Shown: in pieces, positions 1 to 9,903 of the stretch
Numbering within the stretch: position 1 is the stretch's first letter
Layout of the letters: every line of letters starts with the position of its first letter
Source: Thiotrichaceae bacterium UBA4486
Lineage (GTDB): Bacteria > Pseudomonadota > Gammaproteobacteria > Eutrophobiales > Eutrophobiaceae
Assembly: GCA_002389045.1 (NCBI GenBank)
Contig: DGNS01000015.1
Location: 196,217 to 260,216 of the forward strand
Direction of reading: 5' to 3'
DNA: 64,000 bases
Position numbers and translations under genes: made by a program
Notes under the pieces: generated by a model
Database searches by the model: none
What the model saw: the letters and a program-made list of their open reading frames with translations, nothing else
What the model was told of the DNA's origin: nothing

Positions 1-1566
1 AATTAATAATTTTTTATCAATGTGATCTGAGTCTGCCAGTGCAAGTTTAATGGAATAAAGATAGTCTGAGGAATCACGTTCAAATATATTTTCGTCTTGA
101 AGAAAGTTCTCAACGTGCTTACGTATTTTATCATTAATTTCATGGGGCAATTCGATAAGATTTCTAGAAACATAGTCTTTAATTGCATCATTGATTCTTA
201 TAAATTCACCTTCGTTACCAAAGTATTCAGCTATATTTTCTACAACTAAATTATCTATGATTGGAAAATATTTATTTTCATCGAGGATATCAAATACAAA
301 ATCTAAACTTATCAAGTCAAACTGAGATAATAATACTATTAATAAGTAAATTTCTTTATCATCCTCATAATCTTTTATAAATTTAGAAACCTTTTCTTCA
401 TTAAATTCAGCTAACTGAAATGACTCTTTTTTCGCTTGATGTAGTTTTAGCTCGCTTATTAGAGATACACAAAATAGAATTTGATCTGGGAAGCCAGTCA
501 GTTGTGCTGCAAAATATTCAAAGTCATCCCTTGTTAATGATATGTCTTCAATTTCTAGAAGCTTTGAGAAAAGTCTTTTTCTCTCAGATACTGTAAATTC
601 TGGTATACTAATACAAAATATATGATCATAGTTATATTTTCTATTGAATTTTAGATTTCGTCTGCTGGCTACACATAAAATAATATGATTAGGGATCTTG
701 CTGCTTACAATAGACTCATAAAACCATGCGGCTACTTCACCTCTATAGTCCACCACGCAACCATTGTCTAAGATCAGAATTATTTCATCGTTATCACATA
801 CGGATTTTAGTAGTTTTACAACGATTTTCTTTTTGTCTTCTATATCCTTTTCTAATAAGTTTTCTAGTCCAGCGCCAAGATCAATAAGACCAAGATCATT
901 TAATTTTAGTATAAAATCTTCAATGCTATCGTTTCTGTCTAGATAAATAGTCGGAAAAACATACGACTCTCTAACCGCATGTGTTTTTGAAAGTGCATTC
1001 TTTAAAAATGTTCGACGTCCAATTGATTGCAGTCCTGACGTGAAAATACAATTAGGTTTTGGAAGCTCATGGTCGTCAATCCGTATTTCAAACTCCTCTA
1101 ATTTGTCGTTTCTTCCAATAAAAAGCTTTTTTCTTTCATCAAGTTTTGGATGATGAGCTAAAGAAATTTGGCGTAGTTTTCCATGTATTCGCCTCGCAGC
1201 AACACTTGGCCTTGATATCTTTTTCAAATTATATTCATCCCTCATCCATTGAGGGATCCGGCCATCAGAATAATTTGTGTCATCGATTATTATGGGATAT
1301 ATCTTTTTCCTTAGATCTTTCTCCAATATTTTTTCAACGGCTAATATTTCTTTTTTCACCCATTCTGACTCAAGAGAGGCTTGAGATATGAAAAAAACAA
1401 ATAACTGCGTTTGGTCAAGTCCCCTTAATATTTCTTCAATTGTTTTGCATCCTTCTTCAAACGTAATTTCATCATACTCAATATTATCTTTGCCTAAATT
1501 GTTCGCAACTATTCTCACATATGATTCTTTATCTTTACTAGAATGAGAAAGAAAAGCTCGAATCAT
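1..1566 (-). CDS. TIR domain + STAND-type (NB-ARC/NLR-like) NTPase protein, 3' end outside the window; candidate anti-phage protein
   Basis: Manual translation from ATG at 1566 is open for 522 codons to the window edge. TIR: MIRAFLSHSSKDKE...ISQASLESEWVKKE. NTPase: FIGR, Walker-A-like GLQSIGRRT, Walker-B-like ILILDN, STAND GxP motif in LTGFP. AT-rich. Absent from the ORF track because there is no stop in the window. Confidence 0.88.
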   Translation of the reverse strand, partial: MIRAFLSHSSKDKESYVRIVANNLGKDNIEYDEITFEEGCKTIEEILRGLDQTQLFVFFISQASLESEWVKKEILAVEKILEKDLRKKIYPIIIDDTNYSDGRIPQWMRDEYNLKKISRPSVAARRIHGKLRQISLAHHPKLDERKKLFIGRNDKLEEFEIRIDDHELPKPNCIFTSGLQSIGRRTFLKNALSKTHAVRESYVFPTIYLDRNDSIEDFILKLNDLGLIDLGAGLENLLEKDIEDKKKIVVKLLKSVCDNDEIILILDNGCVVDYRGEVAAWFYESIVSSKIPNHIILCVASRRNLKFNRKYNYDHIFCISIPEFTVSERKRLFSKLLEIEDISLTRDDFEYFAAQLTGFPDQILFCVSLISELKLHQAKKESFQLAEFNEEKVSKFIKDYEDDKEIYLLIVLLSQFDLISLDFVFDILDENKYFPIIDNLVVENIAEYFGNEGEFIRINDAIKDYVSRNLIELPHEINDKIRKHVENFLQDENIFERDSSDYLYSIKLALADSDHIDKKLLI

Positions 1567-1631
1567 TTTTTAAGAACCTAGTGTTAGAAGCTGTTTAGTA
1601 TATGTTGGATTATAAATAAATTACCTGTCAG

Positions 1632-1663
1632 AAAAAACCGCAGTGATATTTCCCCCACTGCGG
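1632..1663 (-). terminator. Rho-independent terminator after the molybdopterin oxidoreductase
   Basis: CCGCAGTG/CACTGCGG stem followed by T6 on the minus strand; lies at the GC-rich to AT-rich boundary. Confidence 0.75.
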
Positions 1664-1710
1664 CCCTTTACCCTTAACTGCGTTCTCCCTTCTGTTGTTT
1701 CATAGTTCTC

Positions 1711-3834
1711 CTATGTGGCAGCTTCCACCTGCACCAGGTTATCGAAGAACGACGGGGCGTTGCCCATTTCGATAAACTCGGCGGAACTGGTGATGTTTAC
1801 CGTGCCCTTGTTGAGTTGGCGCCAGTAACCGAGTGTGGCAACTACCACGCCGGGGTTGGTGTCGTCGGTGACATGGGCCACGCCTTCAAATGTGCCGCGG
1901 TCGTTGAACACCTTGACGTTGTCGCCTTCTTTCACGCCTCTCGCATCGGCATCTGCCGGGTTGATTAGCACGAACTGTGCGCCCTGCTCTTTCTGCTTGC
2001 CTTCCATGTTCGCGTAGCACGAATTCAGGAACGCGTGGCTCTTCGGTGTGACGATGTTGAGTGGATATTTCTTCGCCAGTTCCGGGTTGGTTTCCGGGCG
2101 TTCGTTCGGCGGCAGGTAATCCGGCAGTGGATCGATGTCCTGGCCCGGTTGCATGCCCTCGTACATCTGCCGGAACGGCGGGGCGACGAAGTTCTTCGCG
2201 CCGTCGACTCGGAAGTGGCACTTGCCGGTTTCCGTCGGGAAGTTGCCTTCCTTGTGCGGGCAACGTTCGTCCTTGCTGCCAACGTTCAAGCGGGCAAAGC
2301 CGTCTTCACGCAGGGAGTCCAGCGTGATGCCTTCACAGGCCGGGGCGTCCCAGTCGATGAAGTTTTCCAGGCATTCGGAGTCGGACCATTTCAGGCGCTC
2401 CTCGTCGTAGCCCATCTTCTCGGCCAGGCGGCGGAAGATCTCGTTGTTGGACAAACATTCGCCGGGGGCGTCGGTGCACTTGGTGTTGTAGGTCAGGTAC
2501 AGGTGACCCCAGGAGAGGATGATGTCTTCCATCTCCGCGCCCATGGTCGCCGGCAACACGATGTCGGCATAGGATGCGGTGTCGGAAATGAAATGTTCCG
2601 CCGCGACGTGGAACAGGTCTTCGCGTTCCAGGCCTTTCACCACCTTGTCGGCCTCGGGCGATTGCGTCACCGGGTTGGAGTTCCAGGTCATGATGGACTT
2701 GATCGGTGTCTTCAGTGGCAACTCACCGGTCAGGCCGCGGCCCAGTTGTAATATGTTGACCACCTGCGTGCCTTCGGGGATCCAGTCCGGGCGGCAGATG
2801 ACGTCGAACTTGTAGGGATGTTCCCACACCGGGAACTGGGTAACGCCGCCGCCGACGTGACGCCAGGCGCCGGTCAGTGCCGGGATGGAGGTGACGGCAC
2901 GGATGGTCTGGCCGCCGCCCTGATGGCGTTCCAGTGCCACGCCCATGCGGATGGCCGCCGGTTGTTCGGTGGCCAGTTCCTTTGCGAATTGTCGGATGTC
3001 ATCGGCAGGTACGCCGGTGATGTCCTCGGCCCATTCCGGGGTGTGTTTTTTCACGTGCTCGGCCAGGTCCTCGTAGCCGACGGTGTAGTTGTCGACGTAG
3101 TCCTTATCGACAAGACCCTGTTCGATGATGCTGTGGATCACCGCCATGGCCAGTGCGCCGTCGGTGGCCGGTTTCGGGGCGATGTGCCAGTCGGCCTGCT
3201 TGGCGGTGCGCGACTTGTAGGTATCGATGACCACCACTTTCGCACCGCGTTTTTTCGCATCCATGACGATATGCCAGTGGTGCAGGTTGGTGCTCATGGA
3301 GTTACACGCCCAGATGACGATGTATTTGGAATGAATGTAGCTTTCCGGATCGACGCCGGCAGTGGGGCCGACGGTTAATAACCATGCCGTGCAGGAACCT
3401 TCACCGCAGTAGGTGCGCTCGCACACCGTGGCGCCCATGCGGTTGAAAAAGGCGTCGCCGCCGTTGAGGCCGTGCACCAGGCCCTGGTGGCCAAGGTAGC
3501 TGGCCGGCATGATGGCCTGCGGGCCGTCTTCTTCTATGATCTGTTTCCACTTCGTGGCGATGGTGTCCAGCGCCTCGTCCCAGGTGATTTGTTCGAACTG
3601 CTTCGAACCCTTGGGGCCGACCCGCTTCATGGGATGGTGGATGCGGTCGGCATGGTAGTGGCGTTTTTCGTAATCTTTCAGTTTGACGCACAGGCCTCCG
3701 CGCGTCATGGGGTGTTCTTTATTGCCGCGAACGCCGGTCAGTTTGCCGTTCTCCACCTCGAAGACCATGGAACAGGTGTCGGGACAATCATGCGGGCAAC
3801 CGCCGTGGAATTCTTCTTTGATTACTGCAGCCAT
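1711..3834 (-). CDS. Molybdopterin (bis-MGD/DMSO reductase superfamily) oxidoreductase, cytoplasmic
   Basis: N-terminal CPHDCPDTC...LC Fe-S motif, PMKRVG, TASYADIVLPAT and a C-terminal INPADA molydop-binding domain; no Tat signal seen. Confidence 0.9.
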   Translation of the reverse strand: MAAVIKEEFHGGCPHDCPDTCSMVFEVENGKLTGVRGNKEHPMTRGGLCVKLKDYEKRHYHADRIHHPMKRVGPKGSKQFEQITWDEALDTIATKWKQIIEEDGPQAIMPASYLGHQGLVHGLNGGDAFFNRMGATVCERTYCGEGSCTAWLLTVGPTAGVDPESYIHSKYIVIWACNSMSTNLHHWHIVMDAKKRGAKVVVIDTYKSRTAKQADWHIAPKPATDGALAMAVIHSIIEQGLVDKDYVDNYTVGYEDLAEHVKKHTPEWAEDITGVPADDIRQFAKELATEQPAAIRMGVALERHQGGGQTIRAVTSIPALTGAWRHVGGGVTQFPVWEHPYKFDVICRPDWIPEGTQVVNILQLGRGLTGELPLKTPIKSIMTWNSNPVTQSPEADKVVKGLEREDLFHVAAEHFISDTASYADIVLPATMGAEMEDIILSWGHLYLTYNTKCTDAPGECLSNNEIFRRLAEKMGYDEERLKWSDSECLENFIDWDAPACEGITLDSLREDGFARLNVGSKDERCPHKEGNFPTETGKCHFRVDGAKNFVAPPFRQMYEGMQPGQDIDPLPDYLPPNERPETNPELAKKYPLNIVTPKSHAFLNSCYANMEGKQKEQGAQFVLINPADADARGVKEGDNVKVFNDRGTFEGVAHVTDDTNPGVVVATLGYWRQLNKGTVNITSSAEFIEMGNAPSFFDNLVQVEAAT

Positions 3835-3943
3835 CGTAAAGTCTCCTCATTCTCAGCTCATCGGTAAAGTGATGGTCTCACGACCCGAGTCGTCGGCAGG
3901 TGATTACGTCGGCTTGGTTCCGGTTGTGTTCTGCTGGTGATGA

Positions 3944-4587
3944 CTGGATTCCGGTCTCCGCCGGAATGACGTCAAAGAACACCGGGTTGACGTCAAAGAA
4001 CTTGCCTGCCGAACTCTCGACCCTGAGACCTGTTCTTTGAAATAGTTATGGGCCCTAGACTAGTCCTTTTTGGGATAAAGGTCGACAGACATTGGCGGGA
4101 AAAACGCTTGTTTGACTGGATTCCCGCCTTCGCGGGAATGACGAATGGGGAGATTTCAAAGTCGGATGTCGTCATGCCAGACTCGTTCTGGCATCCAGTC
4201 AATTCATGTCACTCTCGCAGAGTCGCAAAGCCCGCCAAGTAACCATTTCATCTACTTCGCGCCTTGGCGCCTTGGCGAGAATACCGTTATTGAAAGGTGT
4301 TTCGTCTATCGGGTAAGACTGGATTCCGTGTGTGCGAAGCCTGCCCTTGGGGTGCAAGCCCGGAATGACGAATGGGGAGATTTCAAAGTCGGATGTCGTC
4401 ATGCCAGACTCGTTCTGGCATCCAGTGAAAGAATGCCCGCCGCAGGCGGGACTTGTAATACTGGATTCCCGCCTTCGCGGGAATGACGAAGGTTTGTCAT
4501 TTCGAGCGCAGCGAGAAATCTGGTCTGTCCGTGCCAGATCCCTCACCAGCTCCCTCGCTACGCTTCGGGACAAGGCTCGGGATGACA
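3944..4587. repeat. Cluster of REP-like palindromic repeats with a 65-bp direct duplication
   Basis: CTGGATTCC...GGAATGAC units start at 3944, 4116, ~4319 and 4461; an identical 65-bp block occurs at 4135-4199 and 4362-4426; GTCATTTCGAGCGCAGCGAGAAATCT and AGATCCCTCA...GATGACA lie at 4496-4587. Confidence 0.85.
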
Positions 4588-4606
4588 GTTGAGGCGAATG
4601 ACCGGT

Positions 4607-5137
4607 TCAGCCGTCCTTGCTCACGCTACCCGGCTTTTTCAGCTTGCGGGTTTTCTTGCGCGATTCGGCGGACATCTCGTCCTTGTAGGCGCTGAGCTTG
4701 TCCTGCAGTTTTTTATCGTTGGTAGCGAGGATCTCCGCGGCCAGCAGCCCGGCGTTCTTGCCGCCGCCGATGGCGACGGTCGCAACCGGAACGCCGCCCG
4801 GCATCTGGGCGATGGAAAGCAGCGAATCGAGACCTTTCAACGCCTTGCTTTCAATGGGCACACCGATCACCGGCAGCACGGTGTGGCTGGCGACCATGCC
4901 CGGCAGGTGCGCGGCGCCGCCGGCACCGGCGATGATGACTTTCAATCCCTTCTTTAATGCACCGCGTGCGTAGCGGCTCATGTCCATGGGCGTGCGGTGG
5001 GCGGAAACCACTTTTACCTCGTGCGGGATGTTGAACTGCTCGCAGACTTTCGCGGCCTGTTCCATGGTCGGCCAGTCGGAGTCCGAGCCCATGATGATGC
5101 CGACAAGAGGCGTTTTCTTACTGGTTGCCATATTCAT
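4607..5137 (-). CDS. purE: N5-CAIR mutase PurE
   Basis: [25 protein letters not shown] and [11 protein letters not shown] motifs. Confidence 0.97.
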   Translation of the reverse strand: MNMATSKKTPLVGIIMGSDSDWPTMEQAAKVCEQFNIPHEVKVVSAHRTPMDMSRYARGALKKGLKVIIAGAGGAAHLPGMVASHTVLPVIGVPIESKALKGLDSLLSIAQMPGGVPVATVAIGGGKNAGLLAAEILATNDKKLQDKLSAYKDEMSAESRKKTRKLKKPGSVSKDG

Positions 5138-6333
5138 TAGTCCCCGAACTGTATCAGGCCGGCGGCGCGGGTGGCGAGACTTTCCGCCGTGCCGAGATCA
5201 TCGGCCGTGACGGTGAGGTGGCCCATCTTGCGGCCGGGGCGGCTTTCGCTTTTACCGTATATGTGCACGTGCGTGCCCGGGATCTCCAGGGCCTTGTCGA
5301 TGCCGTGCGGCGTACCGCTGCCGCTGCCCTCGCCGAGCAGGTTGACCATGACGGCGGCCGGGGTTTTCATCTGGGACGAACCCAGTGGCCAGCCGAGTAC
5401 GGCGCGGACGTGATTTTCAAACTGCGAACAGTCGCAGGCCTCGATGGTGTAATGGCCGGAGTTATGCACGCGCGGCGCCATTTCGTTCAACAGGATTTCA
5501 TTGTTGTCAGTTAAAAACATTTCCACGCCAATGGTACCGGTGCCATCGATGGCTTCCACGGCGCGAATGGCAAAGTCGCGTGCGGCGTCCTGCAGTTCCT
5601 GCGGTATCGCGGCGGGCGCGCGCACGATGTGGCAGATGTGATCTTTCTGGATGGATTCCACCACCGGGTAGGTGGCGGTCTCGCCCGTGCGTGAACGGGT
5701 CACCATGATGGCCAGTTCCATGGTGAAGGGACAAAACGCCTCGACGTATAAATCGCGGTTATCGCCGTCGAGCTTGTCCCAGGCCGCATCGATATCGGCG
5801 ACGCCGTTGAGGGTGGCATTGCCCTTGCCGTCATAAGCGTTGCGGCGTGCTTTCAACACCAGCGGCCAGCCGAAGTCAGCGGCGATGGTTTCGATCTCGG
5901 TGCGGTTCGTGACACTGCGGAATTGCGGCATGGGCAGACCGGCGGCGGACAGGGTTTGTTTCTGGATCAGCTTGTCCTGCACCAGGCCGATGGATTTCGA
6001 GGACGGGTACAACGCGTGCCCGGCGTCTTCCAGTCTGGCCAGGGCGTGGGCATCGACGAACTCGTTTTCCAGTGTCAGGTAGTCCACAACCACGGCCAGT
6101 TTCAGCAGTTCGTCGGGATCGTTCCAGTCACCGGTTAGCGCCGTGCTGGCCAGTGGTGCGGCGGGACAATCGGCGCTTTTTTCAATAAGGCTGACATCGC
6201 AGCCGAGTTGCCGGGCCGACACGGCGGTCATCTTGGCGAGCTGGCCGCCGCCGATGATGCCGATGCGCGGGCACACGGCAGGTCTGGCTACTGCCCCGGG
6301 TGATTCGATGATTGTCGGTGATGTGCTGTTCAT
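5137..6333 (-). CDS. purK: N5-CAIR synthetase PurK (ATP-grasp)
   Basis: [28 protein letters not shown] and RKMGH motifs; start set at ATG 6333; stop overlaps the purE start (TAATG). Confidence 0.95.
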   Translation of the reverse strand: MNSTSPTIIESPGAVARPAVCPRIGIIGGGQLAKMTAVSARQLGCDVSLIEKSADCPAAPLASTALTGDWNDPDELLKLAVVVDYLTLENEFVDAHALARLEDAGHALYPSSKSIGLVQDKLIQKQTLSAAGLPMPQFRSVTNRTEIETIAADFGWPLVLKARRNAYDGKGNATLNGVADIDAAWDKLDGDNRDLYVEAFCPFTMELAIMVTRSRTGETATYPVVESIQKDHICHIVRAPAAIPQELQDAARDFAIRAVEAIDGTGTIGVEMFLTDNNEILLNEMAPRVHNSGHYTIEACDCSQFENHVRAVLGWPLGSSQMKTPAAVMVNLLGEGSGSGTPHGIDKALEIPGTHVHIYGKSESRPGRKMGHLTVTADDLGTAESLATRAAGLIQFGD

Positions 6334-6491
6334 GGTTGATGCTAATCTGACAGCCGTTGGCCGGAAAACCGGCGATTTTAGCACATTGGTGGCTGATTAC
6401 AGGTGCGTAAAGGCGCTTTTTTGACAGGATTTCAGCTTGCCCCGCGCTGAAATGACATCAAAAAGTGGGTTCAGATCTGACTTATCCCCGC

Positions 6492-8054
6492 TCAGGCGGC
6501 GCTGGTGGTGGCTTCGAGCTCCGAGACGCACCTGTTGCGGCCCATGTTCTTGGCTGAATAAAGGGCCATGTCGGCGCGGTGGAAGACCTCATCGGCGTGT
6601 TCATTCATCTTGAATTCGGCGTAACCAATGGAAATGGTAATGGGTACGGACTGGTTATGATGATGGAAATTGCAACGCTCGACCACGTGGCGCAGGTTCT
6701 CGACGGCGATGGCGGCTTCCTCACCGTCGGTTTCCGGCAGTAGCAGCGCAAATTCCTCGCCACCGTAGCGGGCCAGGAAATCCGCTTCGCGGACGTTTTC
6801 ATTGCACACCGTGGCCACGGCCTTGAGGACCTTGTCGCCGGCCTTGTGACCGAACCGATCATTGACCTTCTTGAAATCATCGATGTCGATCAGGGCCAGG
6901 GTCAGGGGTTGACGGTAACGCTGGCTGCGTGCGATTTCCTTTTTCAATTGTTCATCGTAGGCGAGTCGGTTCGGAATGCCGGTGAGGGCGTCACGGTGGG
7001 CATTGAGGTGTACCTCGTTGAGTTTTTCCTTGAGGTTGAGGCTCTCGGATTCCATTTCCTGCAACCGGTGTTTCAACTGCGCAGCCCGCTGGTCGGCGGC
7101 CTCCTGGCGCTGGCGTTCGGTAGTCAGATGCTCATCGAGCGCGGTTTCGAGTTTCGCCATCTGCGCATCGACGCAGGCTTTCAGTTCATCCAGGCTCTGC
7201 GCCTCATCCATTTTCTGATGCAATAAATCGTTTTGTTGGTGGAAATCCCTGTTCAGGGCTTCAGCCTCCATGCAGGAGATCCCCTGCTCCCGTTGTGTGG
7301 CTTCCAGGTGCCGGTACAGTGCACTCAACTGGGCAATAAGCTTGTTCAGATAACGCTGGATGTCATCCAGTTCCTTTTGTAATTGCTCGTGTACGCCGTT
7401 GATGATACTGGTGATCTTCTGGTTGACCGACTTCATGGAGCTGATCTGGTTGAGGCTGATTTGTTCACGAACACGATTCAGCTCCTGCATGGCTTCCCTG
7501 GGCAGCACCAGATGTTCGAGCAGGTTGATCAGGTATTTGTTGCTGTCCTCATCCGTTTGCCGCGCTGTGCATATCAGTTTGACGGTTTTATCTATCAGCT
7601 CCAGGTATTGCTGTTGCTGCTGGTTTTTTTGCGCCTGTTCACGGATAGACAGGATTTCATCATTCAGGTCATCCGGCAATGACAGCCGGTTGAGGAATTC
7701 GGGAAAATAATCGGTGGTTTTTGAGTTCGCTGAGGTAAAACCCGCACGAAGTTTCTCTGAACGTGTGAGGATGACCTCAACGGATTTCTCGATGATGATA
7801 CGGCGTTCATCTTCGCTGCCGGCATGACGCAGGTTGTTTTTCAGTTTGGCGATTTCATCGTCAATATCAGGATCGATGCCGGCAAATGAAAACACCAGTT
7901 TGAGGATGGTTTTTTTCAACTGGTTATGAATCCTGTTCAACTCTGTATCCCGTCTAGATGATTGAATGAGGTTGTCCCGTGCCGGGCTGTTCTCCGGCGC
8001 GCCCTCCGCGTTGCCGGCGTTACCGGACATGGCGGCTTCCCCTGGCGACTGCAT
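6492..8054 (-). CDS. Diguanylate cyclase with a long helical/coiled-coil N-terminus (DgcP-like)
   Basis: DALTGIPNR, DIDDFKKVND and READ-FLARY-GGEEF (intact active site and I-site); start uncertain. Confidence 0.92.
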   Translation of the reverse strand: MQSPGEAAMSGNAGNAEGAPENSPARDNLIQSSRRDTELNRIHNQLKKTILKLVFSFAGIDPDIDDEIAKLKNNLRHAGSEDERRIIIEKSVEVILTRSEKLRAGFTSANSKTTDYFPEFLNRLSLPDDLNDEILSIREQAQKNQQQQQYLELIDKTVKLICTARQTDEDSNKYLINLLEHLVLPREAMQELNRVREQISLNQISSMKSVNQKITSIINGVHEQLQKELDDIQRYLNKLIAQLSALYRHLEATQREQGISCMEAEALNRDFHQQNDLLHQKMDEAQSLDELKACVDAQMAKLETALDEHLTTERQRQEAADQRAAQLKHRLQEMESESLNLKEKLNEVHLNAHRDALTGIPNRLAYDEQLKKEIARSQRYRQPLTLALIDIDDFKKVNDRFGHKAGDKVLKAVATVCNENVREADFLARYGGEEFALLLPETDGEEAAIAVENLRHVVERCNFHHHNQSVPITISIGYAEFKMNEHADEVFHRADMALYSAKNMGRNRCVSELEATTSAA

Positions 8055-8254
8055 CGAATCCGTTGATTCCTTTTCTCATAATCAACATAAATTCCATTCG
8101 TATTTGAAAAATGACTTACCGGGGATTGCCGCGCCTTACAGCATTATTCCGGGCGCGGAATCCCATTCACAACAGGGTATCGACAGCCGGTGTAAAACCT
8201 TGAGTGTTGTGCGTCAGTTTGGAAAGCTGCCCGGGCGGGACGGTCTGGTGGCAA

Positions 8255-9781
8255 TCAGGCTGCTGATTGCAGGCACTGTTCGGTCTTGCAGCGGTTGCGG
8301 CCGTCGCTTTTGGCAGCGTAAAGCGCCTCATCCGCGCGCTTGAATACCGTTTCAGTGCTGTCTTCCCCACGAAATTCGGCCATGCCGATGGATATGGTGA
8401 TGGGCACGGACTGGTCGCTGTAGTGAAAATGACACTCCTCGATGATGCCGCGCAGGTTTTCAAGGGCCTTCAGCGCCTGGTCGAGCCGGGTATCAGGGAG
8501 CAGCAGCACAAATTCCTCGCCACCGAATCGGGCGAGAAAATCCGCGCTGCGGATGTTGTTGCCACAGACCTCGGCAACGGCTTTCAGAACCTTGTCGCCG
8601 GCCTTGTGCCCCCAGGTGTCATTAACACTCTTGAAATGATCGATGTCCAGCACCGCCAGTGTCAGCGGGTACTGGTTGCGCCGGTAACGCTGCACTTCGT
8701 CCGCGAAGCGTTCATTGAAAGCCAGGCGGTTGGGCAGCCCGGTGAGGACATCGTGCATGGCCTCTTTTCTGGCGGTGACGAGTTTTTTTTCCAGGGTGTT
8801 GCAGTGTTTCTGCATGCCGGTGAGTTCGCGGCGCATGGCCATGAGGCGTTGTTCCGATTTGGCATGCTGCCGTGACTCCATTTCGATGTGGGCCTTGAGG
8901 TTTTCATTCACCGTGCTGATATGGGCGTTGACGCAGGTCTTGATCTCCTCGATATCGCTGGTCGAATCGATCTTCATTTGCAGTGATTCGTTGCGCACCA
9001 GAAAGTCCTTTTTCAGGTTCCTGGAATCGGTGAAGGCCTGTTTGTGGTCGTTGATACTGCCGGTGATGTAAGAGTTGAGTTCACCCAGCTGGCCGATGAC
9101 GCCGGAAATATACTGGCGAATATCACGAAACTCGTGCTGCAGTTTTTCGCTGCTCTGATTGATGATTTCCGAGATGTTTTTAACCAGGCTGACCAGGCCG
9201 GCGCTATCCTTGCTGCGATGGATTTTTTGCTTGATGTTTTCGAGTTCGCCGGCGGCTTCGGCGGGTAGACGGATATATTCGATCAGGTTCAGCACCAGTT
9301 CCCGGTTACAGGAACGCCCGGATTCGGAGCCGGCCGTTAACAGGTGGATGGTTTCATTGACAATTTCCAGGTGATCCTGCTGCGCCTTTATGCTGCGGAC
9401 ACGGTCCTTGAGCCTGATGAATTCATCGGCCTGTTCGTGACTGAGCGCCAGCTTGCTGATCAGTTCCAGGAACAACTCCGGTTTATCACTTGTGTCCTGT
9501 TTGCGCGCCAGGTCGCGGGCGTCTGTGTAGTCGAGGACGTCATTGATGGCCTCCTCTATCAGTGTGTCGCGCTGTTCCTCGCTGCCGGCATTGCGAATCG
9601 ACGTTTTGAAGGTCTTGATGATGTTGTCGAGCTCTTCGCTTTCACCCAGATGGGAGAAGATCAGTTTCAGGATATTCTTATTCAGGCGGGTGCGTGTTTC
9701 CCGCCACTGCTCTTCCATATCGCCGGAATGCCCGGTTTTGGACTGTCCACGGTGCTGATCTGGTTTACGGTTGTCTGACAT
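8255..9781 (-). CDS. Diguanylate cyclase, paralog of the adjacent gene (DgcP-like)
   Basis: DVLTGLPNR, DIDHFKSVND and RSAD-FLARF-GGEEF; same architecture as 6492-8054; start set at ATG 9781. Confidence 0.92.
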   Translation of the reverse strand: MSDNRKPDQHRGQSKTGHSGDMEEQWRETRTRLNKNILKLIFSHLGESEELDNIIKTFKTSIRNAGSEEQRDTLIEEAINDVLDYTDARDLARKQDTSDKPELFLELISKLALSHEQADEFIRLKDRVRSIKAQQDHLEIVNETIHLLTAGSESGRSCNRELVLNLIEYIRLPAEAAGELENIKQKIHRSKDSAGLVSLVKNISEIINQSSEKLQHEFRDIRQYISGVIGQLGELNSYITGSINDHKQAFTDSRNLKKDFLVRNESLQMKIDSTSDIEEIKTCVNAHISTVNENLKAHIEMESRQHAKSEQRLMAMRRELTGMQKHCNTLEKKLVTARKEAMHDVLTGLPNRLAFNERFADEVQRYRRNQYPLTLAVLDIDHFKSVNDTWGHKAGDKVLKAVAEVCGNNIRSADFLARFGGEEFVLLLPDTRLDQALKALENLRGIIEECHFHYSDQSVPITISIGMAEFRGEDSTETVFKRADEALYAAKSDGRNRCKTEQCLQSAA

Positions 9782-9903
9782 GAGTTTCCCGGGTCCTGGT
9801 TCCTGCACCGGCGGGATCACCTGGTACGCCGACGCGGCAGCGTCGGTTCAGGCATGAACGAGAATACCCCGGGCTATAAATCCGGGGCGGGTGTGAAAAC
9901 CGA

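Noticed and set aside
3-1391. Short track ORFs 3-191, 764-946 and 1146-1391
   Set aside because: Off-frame or antisense shadows of the long TIR-STAND reading frame
1567-1630. attC/attI site ahead of the TIR gene
   Set aside because: No GTTRRRY in the coding orientation and no attC-like palindrome
4135-4426. Possible CRISPR array from the duplicated 65-bp block
   Set aside because: Only two copies, too long, 162 bp between them, and no cas genes
3993-4592. ORFs within the repeat cluster
   Set aside because: They are translations of palindromic repeats (VIPAKAGIQ, SFPRRRES), not protein-like
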